From NCBI GenBank assembly GCA_039588295.1, contig JBDHAB010000008.1, forward strand, positions 1 through 64,000: a DNA stretch of 64,000 nucleotides, read 5' to 3'. The notes under the pieces are model-generated. The model saw only the letters and a list, made by a program, of their open reading frames with translations. It did no database searches and had not been told where the DNA came from. Positions 59,721-64,000 of this stretch are shown in pieces. Within the stretch, counting starts at the first letter, position 1. Each line of letters opens with the position of its first letter. The DNA is from Gemmatimonadota bacterium (GTDB taxonomy: Bacteria > Gemmatimonadota > Gemmatimonadetes > Gemmatimonadales > GWC2-71-9). The translations under genes were made by a program, and so were the position numbers.

Positions 59721-60496
59721 GCGGACGCCTCATCATCCTCGGGTCGGGCACCTCGTTCGGCGTGCCGGTGATCGGGTGCAGTTGTCGGGTATGCACCTCC
59801 GAGGATCCGAGAGACCGCCGGACCCGGACGGCGGCCGTGATCGAGATCGACGGTCAGGCAAGGCTGCTCATCGATACCCCGCCGGAGGTGAGACTGCAGC
59901 TGGTGGGAGCGGGCGTCGACACCGTGGACGCGGTGCTGTACACGCACGAGCACGCGGATCACGTGAGCGGGATCGACGACTTGCGTGCCATATCCGTGCG
60001 ACGAGGATCCTTGCCCGTGTACGGTCCCCCGGAGACGATCGTGCAATTGCGGCGACGCTTTTCGTACATCTTCGACGCGGCCATCGACCCTCCGCCCGGC
60101 ACGGCCAAACCCGAGCTTGCGCCTGTCGCGCTGGAACCGTACGAGGCGTTCGCGGTGGCGGGAACACCGGTGCTACCGTTGGCAGCGGACCACGGTGGAT
60201 CGATGGTGTACGGGTATCGGGTTGGCCCAGTCGCCTATCTCACGGACGTGAAGTCGGCTCCCGAGGAAACGGTGGAGGCGTTGCGTGGGGTGGACGTCCT
60301 GGTGCTCAACGCGTTGTTCGAACAGCCCCATCCTACGCACCTGTCTATCTCGGAGGCGGTTGCGCTGGCAGAGCGGGTTGGAGCGCCGCACACGTTTCTC
60401 ACGCACCTCACGCATCGGTTCACCCATACCGAGTTGGAAACGCGGCTGCCCCACGGCGTCGTGCCGGCCCACGACGGACTGGTGGTTTCCTTTTGA
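59717..60496 (+). CDS. MBL-fold hydrolase, PhnP/LipB-like
   Basis: GSGTSFGVP.IGC.C..C, THEHADH, YLTD, THLTH. Confidence 0.92.
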   Translation: MSGRLIILGSGTSFGVPVIGCSCRVCTSEDPRDRRTRTAAVIEIDGQARLLIDTPPEVRLQLVGAGVDTVDAVLYTHEHADHVSGIDDLRAISVRRGSLPVYGPPETIVQLRRRFSYIFDAAIDPPPGTAKPELAPVALEPYEAFAVAGTPVLPLAADHGGSMVYGYRVGPVAYLTDVKSAPEETVEALRGVDVLVLNALFEQPHPTHLSISEAVALAERVGAPHTFLTHLTHRFTHTELETRLPHGVVPAHDGLVVSF

Positions 60497-60521
60497 CGGG
60501 GTTTCTGCGGGGTGGTAAATT
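60493..60521 (+). promoter_or_regulatory. Putative sigma70 promoter for YtxH-YihY
   Basis: TTGACG-17 nt-TAAATT. Confidence 0.55.
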
Positions 60522-60580
60522 CAAATTTGACAACGTGCTAGCGCCCTGGGCGCTGGCGATGGAGCGGGCAAGGAGGGACG

Positions 60581-61009
60581 ATGACACACGTACGAGATGA
60601 CAAACCGGTGATCATCATCGAGAAGTCGAGCGGGGGCTTTGGCGGCTTTCTTCTCGGGTTGCTCGTCGGGGCAGGAGCCGCCCTTCTGTGGGCGCCGCAG
60701 ACTGGGGAAGAGACTCGTGAGGCGCTGCGTGAGCGCGGCCGCAAGTTGCGGGAGGATGCGCGGACCCGCGCTGGCGAGATCCATGAGCGAGTCGAGGAAG
60801 GATACGAGAAGGCCAAGGAGCGGGTTGAAGAAGGGTTCGATTCGGCGCGTCGCACGTTGCGTGAGAAGCGCGCCGGCGCGAAGGATGCACTCGACGCCGG
60901 GCGCTCGGCTGTGCGGTCTGCCCGCGAAGAGCTCGAGAGCCGTCTGTCGGAGTCGCGCGAGGATCGGGCCAAGACGCCGAGCGGGGACGGGGACGAGGCG
61001 GCCTCCTAA
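60581..61009 (+). CDS. YtxH domain-containing protein
   Basis: FLLGLLVGAGAALLWAPQTGEETR plus charged helix. Confidence 0.9.
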   Translation: MTHVRDDKPVIIIEKSSGGFGGFLLGLLVGAGAALLWAPQTGEETREALRERGRKLREDARTRAGEIHERVEEGYEKAKERVEEGFDSARRTLREKRAGAKDALDAGRSAVRSAREELESRLSESREDRAKTPSGDGDEAAS

Positions 61010-61027
61010 GAAACGCTCCGCAGCCAC

Positions 61028-61888
61028 GTGCAGGTCCCGCCGCGCCGCGGATGGGCGTTCTCGCCAATGGGTTTCGTACGCCGCGTTGTCGTTTCGGCGT
61101 ACGACGACAACATCCTGTTTTTGGGCAGTGCGTTGACGTTCGACGCCTTGCTTGCGGCGCTTCCGTTTGCTCTTCTCTTGTTGGCGACGCTGGGTTACTT
61201 CGTGCATTCGGGCGAGGCGGCCATGAGCGATGTCGTGGCGCTGTTGGACCGGTTGCTCCCGGATGCGGGCCCGCGGGGCGATGCGCGCCTGGGCCGTGCG
61301 GAGGAGTTGATCACCGGTGTCGTTGCGACCCGGAGCCAGCTTTCGGCGTACGGTATCCCGCTGTTTCTCTGGTTTGCCACCCGGTTCTTCAGGGGAGCGC
61401 GCGCGGCGTTGAACGAGATCTTCGACACGCACGAATCCCGTCCCTTCTGGCTGGGAAAGACCGTTGATCTTGGCCTCGTCATCGCGAGCCTCGTCCTTAT
61501 TGTCACGAACGCGTACTTGACGCTGCGCTTTGCAGACGACCCGTGGATCGGGAGGTTCGTGATTGGCCTGTCGACGTACGGACTGGGAGTTGCGCTGTTC
61601 TTCATTGTCTACACGTTCGCTCCCACGCGGCGTGTGCGTGCAGACACGGCCCTCGTCGCCGCCTCCGTCGCCGCGCTGGGGCTCGAAATCGCGAAGAAGG
61701 CGTACAGCCTGTACCTCGCCGAATTTGCCACGATTGACCGCCTCGTGTCCAACGCCAATACGATCGCCGTGTTGCTGGTCGTGGTGTGGCTCTATGCGAT
61801 AGTGTGTGTGTTTCTCGTCGGAGGAGAGGTTGCGGAGACGTATGATCTCATGCGTCGTCAGCGTGAGCAGCGGGCCATCCTCGCGTGA
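61028..61888 (+). CDS. YihY/virulence factor BrkB family membrane protein
   Basis: DD...SALTF..LLA..P, ALNEIF, WLY...GGE; start 61028 or 61067. Confidence 0.85.
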   Translation: MQVPPRRGWAFSPMGFVRRVVVSAYDDNILFLGSALTFDALLAALPFALLLLATLGYFVHSGEAAMSDVVALLDRLLPDAGPRGDARLGRAEELITGVVATRSQLSAYGIPLFLWFATRFFRGARAALNEIFDTHESRPFWLGKTVDLGLVIASLVLIVTNAYLTLRFADDPWIGRFVIGLSTYGLGVALFFIVYTFAPTRRVRADTALVAASVAALGLEIAKKAYSLYLAEFATIDRLVSNANTIAVLLVVVWLYAIVCVFLVGGEVAETYDLMRRQREQRAILA

Positions 61889-61943
61889 CGAGTCTGGGCG
61901 ACAGGCTGGGTAGTGGTCCCGCCGCGAACCGCGGGCGTCGGTC

Positions 61944-62975
61944 GTGACTGACCGGCTCGTAGACCTCCGCAGCGACACCGTCACACGTCCGTCCGCGGGC
62001 ATGCGACGTGCCATGGCCGAAGCGGAAGTGGGCGACGACATCTTGGACGGGGATCCGACGACCAGACGGTTAGAGGAACGGATCGCCGAGCTGGCCGGCT
62101 TCGACGCCGCGCTGTTCTTTCCGTCCGGCGTACAGGCCAATCAGGTTGCGGTGTGGCTGCACACCGAGCCTGGAACGGAGGTCATTGTCGAGGCGAACGC
62201 GCATCTCGTGCTCTACGAGATGGCGGGCATCGCCGGCCTTGCGGGTGCACAAATCCGTCCCGTGAGCGCTCCCGATGGCATACTGACGGCCGATCTCGCA
62301 CGGGCTGCCTGGCGACCCACCTCGCCGCACGTTCCCAGGATCAGCTTGGTCGCGGCGGAGAATACCCACAACGCGGCGGGCGGGCGGGTGATGTCGACTG
62401 CGGTGTGGGACGATCTGGTGGCGCTCGCTCGTGAGCGGCACGTGGCGATCCATCTGGATGGCGCCCGGCTCTGGCACGCCGCCGCTGCGCAGAACGTGGC
62501 ACTCGCACGACTCGCGGCGGGTGCCACGTCCGTCATGGTCTCGCTTTCGAAGGGCCTCGGCTGTCCGGTGGGAAGTTGCCTCGCGGGCAGCAGCGACCTG
62601 ATCGAGCGGGCCCGTGAGGCGAGACGTCGGTTTGGGGGAGCGATGCGCCAGTCAGGAATCCTCGGGGCCGCCGGGCTGCATGCGCTCGAGCACAACTTGC
62701 AGCGGCTTTCGGACGATCACGCGCACGCGGCGCTCCTCGCCGAGCGTCTTGCGGATCATCCGGTGGTCCGACCCCTACCGCCAGAGACAAATATCGTAAT
62801 GCTGGATCTGGTCCGGTCGGGTGACACCGTGGAGCGCGTGCTGCCACTCTTGGCTGAGGCCGGTGTGCTGTTGGTACCGTTCGGCCCCACGCGATTGCGG
62901 GCTGTGACCCACCTGGATGTGACGCGTGCGGACGTGCTGTGGGCGGCCGATGTCATCGCTCGGGGTCTGCAGTAG
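61944..62975 (+). CDS. ltaE: Low-specificity L-threonine aldolase
   Basis: DLRSDTVT.P, ENTHN, HLDGARL, SLSKGLG.PVG, GGAMRQSG. Confidence 0.93.
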   Translation: MTDRLVDLRSDTVTRPSAGMRRAMAEAEVGDDILDGDPTTRRLEERIAELAGFDAALFFPSGVQANQVAVWLHTEPGTEVIVEANAHLVLYEMAGIAGLAGAQIRPVSAPDGILTADLARAAWRPTSPHVPRISLVAAENTHNAAGGRVMSTAVWDDLVALARERHVAIHLDGARLWHAAAAQNVALARLAAGATSVMVSLSKGLGCPVGSCLAGSSDLIERAREARRRFGGAMRQSGILGAAGLHALEHNLQRLSDDHAHAALLAERLADHPVVRPLPPETNIVMLDLVRSGDTVERVLPLLAEAGVLLVPFGPTRLRAVTHLDVTRADVLWAADVIARGLQ

Positions 62976-63022
62976 GGTGTGGACCCTCCGAGCGAACGTG
63001 TCCGTGGAGAGATGAGGATGTC

Positions 63023-64000
63023 ATGCGCATCGTGGTAGTGGGTGCCGGCGAGGTGGGGTACCATGTCGCCGAGCGGCTCTCAAACCAACAGCATGACGTG
63101 GTAGTGGTGGACGTCATGCCCAGCCGGCTGGAGTACGTATCCAACCATCTTGATGTCGCGGTGGTCGAAGGGAGTGGGACGAGCACCGCGGTACTCGAGC
63201 AGGCCGGTGTGCAGAAGGCCGCGCTCTTGCTCGCCGTCACCAACGTCGACGAGGTCAACCTCGTCTCCTGCATGAGCGCGCGTGGTGTGCGCGGGATGGT
63301 CAAGGTTGCACGCGTGTCCAATCCGGATTTCTACCGCGACACGCGCAACCTCAAACCGGATGCGTTCGGGGTGGACGTGCTCATCAACCCGGAGCGGGAA
63401 CTGTCGTTGGAGACCGTGCGGCTCCTGCAATCGACGGCGGCGACCGATATTGCGGTCTTTGCAGGCGGGGCCGTGCAGCTCCTGGGATTCCACGTCCCCA
63501 AGGGCGCCCCGATTGCCGGGCAGCGTCTGGCCGAGCTTGCGGCCCAGGAGGGAGACAGGCCGATCCTGCTGGTGGCCCTGGAACGTGCGGGCGAGACGAT
63601 CGTGCCAAACGGTGGCACGGAGATCCGAGTTGGAGATCGCCTCTATGTTGCTGCTAAGACCGAAGAGATTCCCCGCGCACTGGAGCTCCTGGGCTACGAG
63701 CGATCGAGTATGCGGCGGGTCATCATCACCGGAGGGACGGTCGAGGCGTACTACCTGGCGCAACTTCTGCAGGAACATCACGTCGAGACGACACTCCTCA
63801 TTGGTGATCGAGCCAGGGCGCAAGAGCTCGCCGCGCAGTTGAACCACGTTCTGGTGCTCCACGGCGATGCTACCGACGTCGAACTGTTGGAGCTGGAGGG
63901 CGTGGGCGGCGCCGACGGCTTCGTGGCGCTCACGGATCGGGACGAAACCAACATCCTCTCATCGTTGGTAGCCAAGCGTGCCGGCGCGAAGCAAGTAATC
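63023..64000 (+). CDS. trkA: Trk system K+ uptake protein TrkA (runs off window end)
   Basis: MRIVVVGAGEVGYH, AVTNVDEVN, INPE, second RCK with GDATD..L and TDRDETNIL. Confidence 0.93.
   Translation, partial: MRIVVVGAGEVGYHVAERLSNQQHDVVVVDVMPSRLEYVSNHLDVAVVEGSGTSTAVLEQAGVQKAALLLAVTNVDEVNLVSCMSARGVRGMVKVARVSNPDFYRDTRNLKPDAFGVDVLINPERELSLETVRLLQSTAATDIAVFAGGAVQLLGFHVPKGAPIAGQRLAELAAQEGDRPILLVALERAGETIVPNGGTEIRVGDRLYVAAKTEEIPRALELLGYERSSMRRVIITGGTVEAYYLAQLLQEHHVETTLLIGDRARAQELAAQLNHVLVLHGDATDVELLELEGVGGADGFVALTDRDETNILSSLVAKRAGAKQVI

Noticed and set aside
1..64000. CRISPR arrays, tRNA/rRNA, IS elements, integrases, prophage or defence genes
   Set aside because: No spaced repeats, cloverleafs or mobile/defence motifs recognised by eye; a covariance-model scan could still find small RNAs

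Overview
High-GC, gene-dense bacterial chromosome segment. The gene content (alpha2-type GlyRS, GWxTD protein, Zn-ribbon Ser/Thr kinases, CarboxypepD-type TonB receptor) suggests Gemmatimonadota/FCB group; this is inference only. 1-12.25 kb: 3' end of tuf, then the S10-spc ribosomal protein cluster to secY-adk-map, which stops without infA or the alpha operon. 12-38 kb: mostly housekeeping (suhB, trpS, MgtC, PilT, DapA-like, M28 peptidase, purA, glycerate kinase, glyQS, gluzincin, NSS transporter, zincin, ubiquitin-like pair, HDAC, methyltransferase, priA, pyruvoyl Arg decarboxylase plus agmatinase, CcdA, class I Fba, Ggt, murQ-anmK). 38.9-48.7 kb: a divergent Ser/Thr phospho-signalling island (FHA-FHA adaptor, kinase, PP2C and FHA-protease on the minus strand; GWxTD protein and kinase-PEGA-TonB_C on the plus strand). 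After that: a gamma-carbonic-anhydrase pseudogene remnant, nrdJ, ispG, lipoprotein plus TonB receptor, cobB, pyk, MBL hydrolase, YtxH, YihY, ltaE and the start of trkA. I recognised no tRNA, rRNA, CRISPR or mobile element. Best leads: the trans-envelope kinase/FHA-protease/TonB_C island, a candidate attenuator in the purA leader, Lys-rich extensions on L4 and L30, and a stand-alone ubiquitin-like pair. All calls are by eye and no searches were run.
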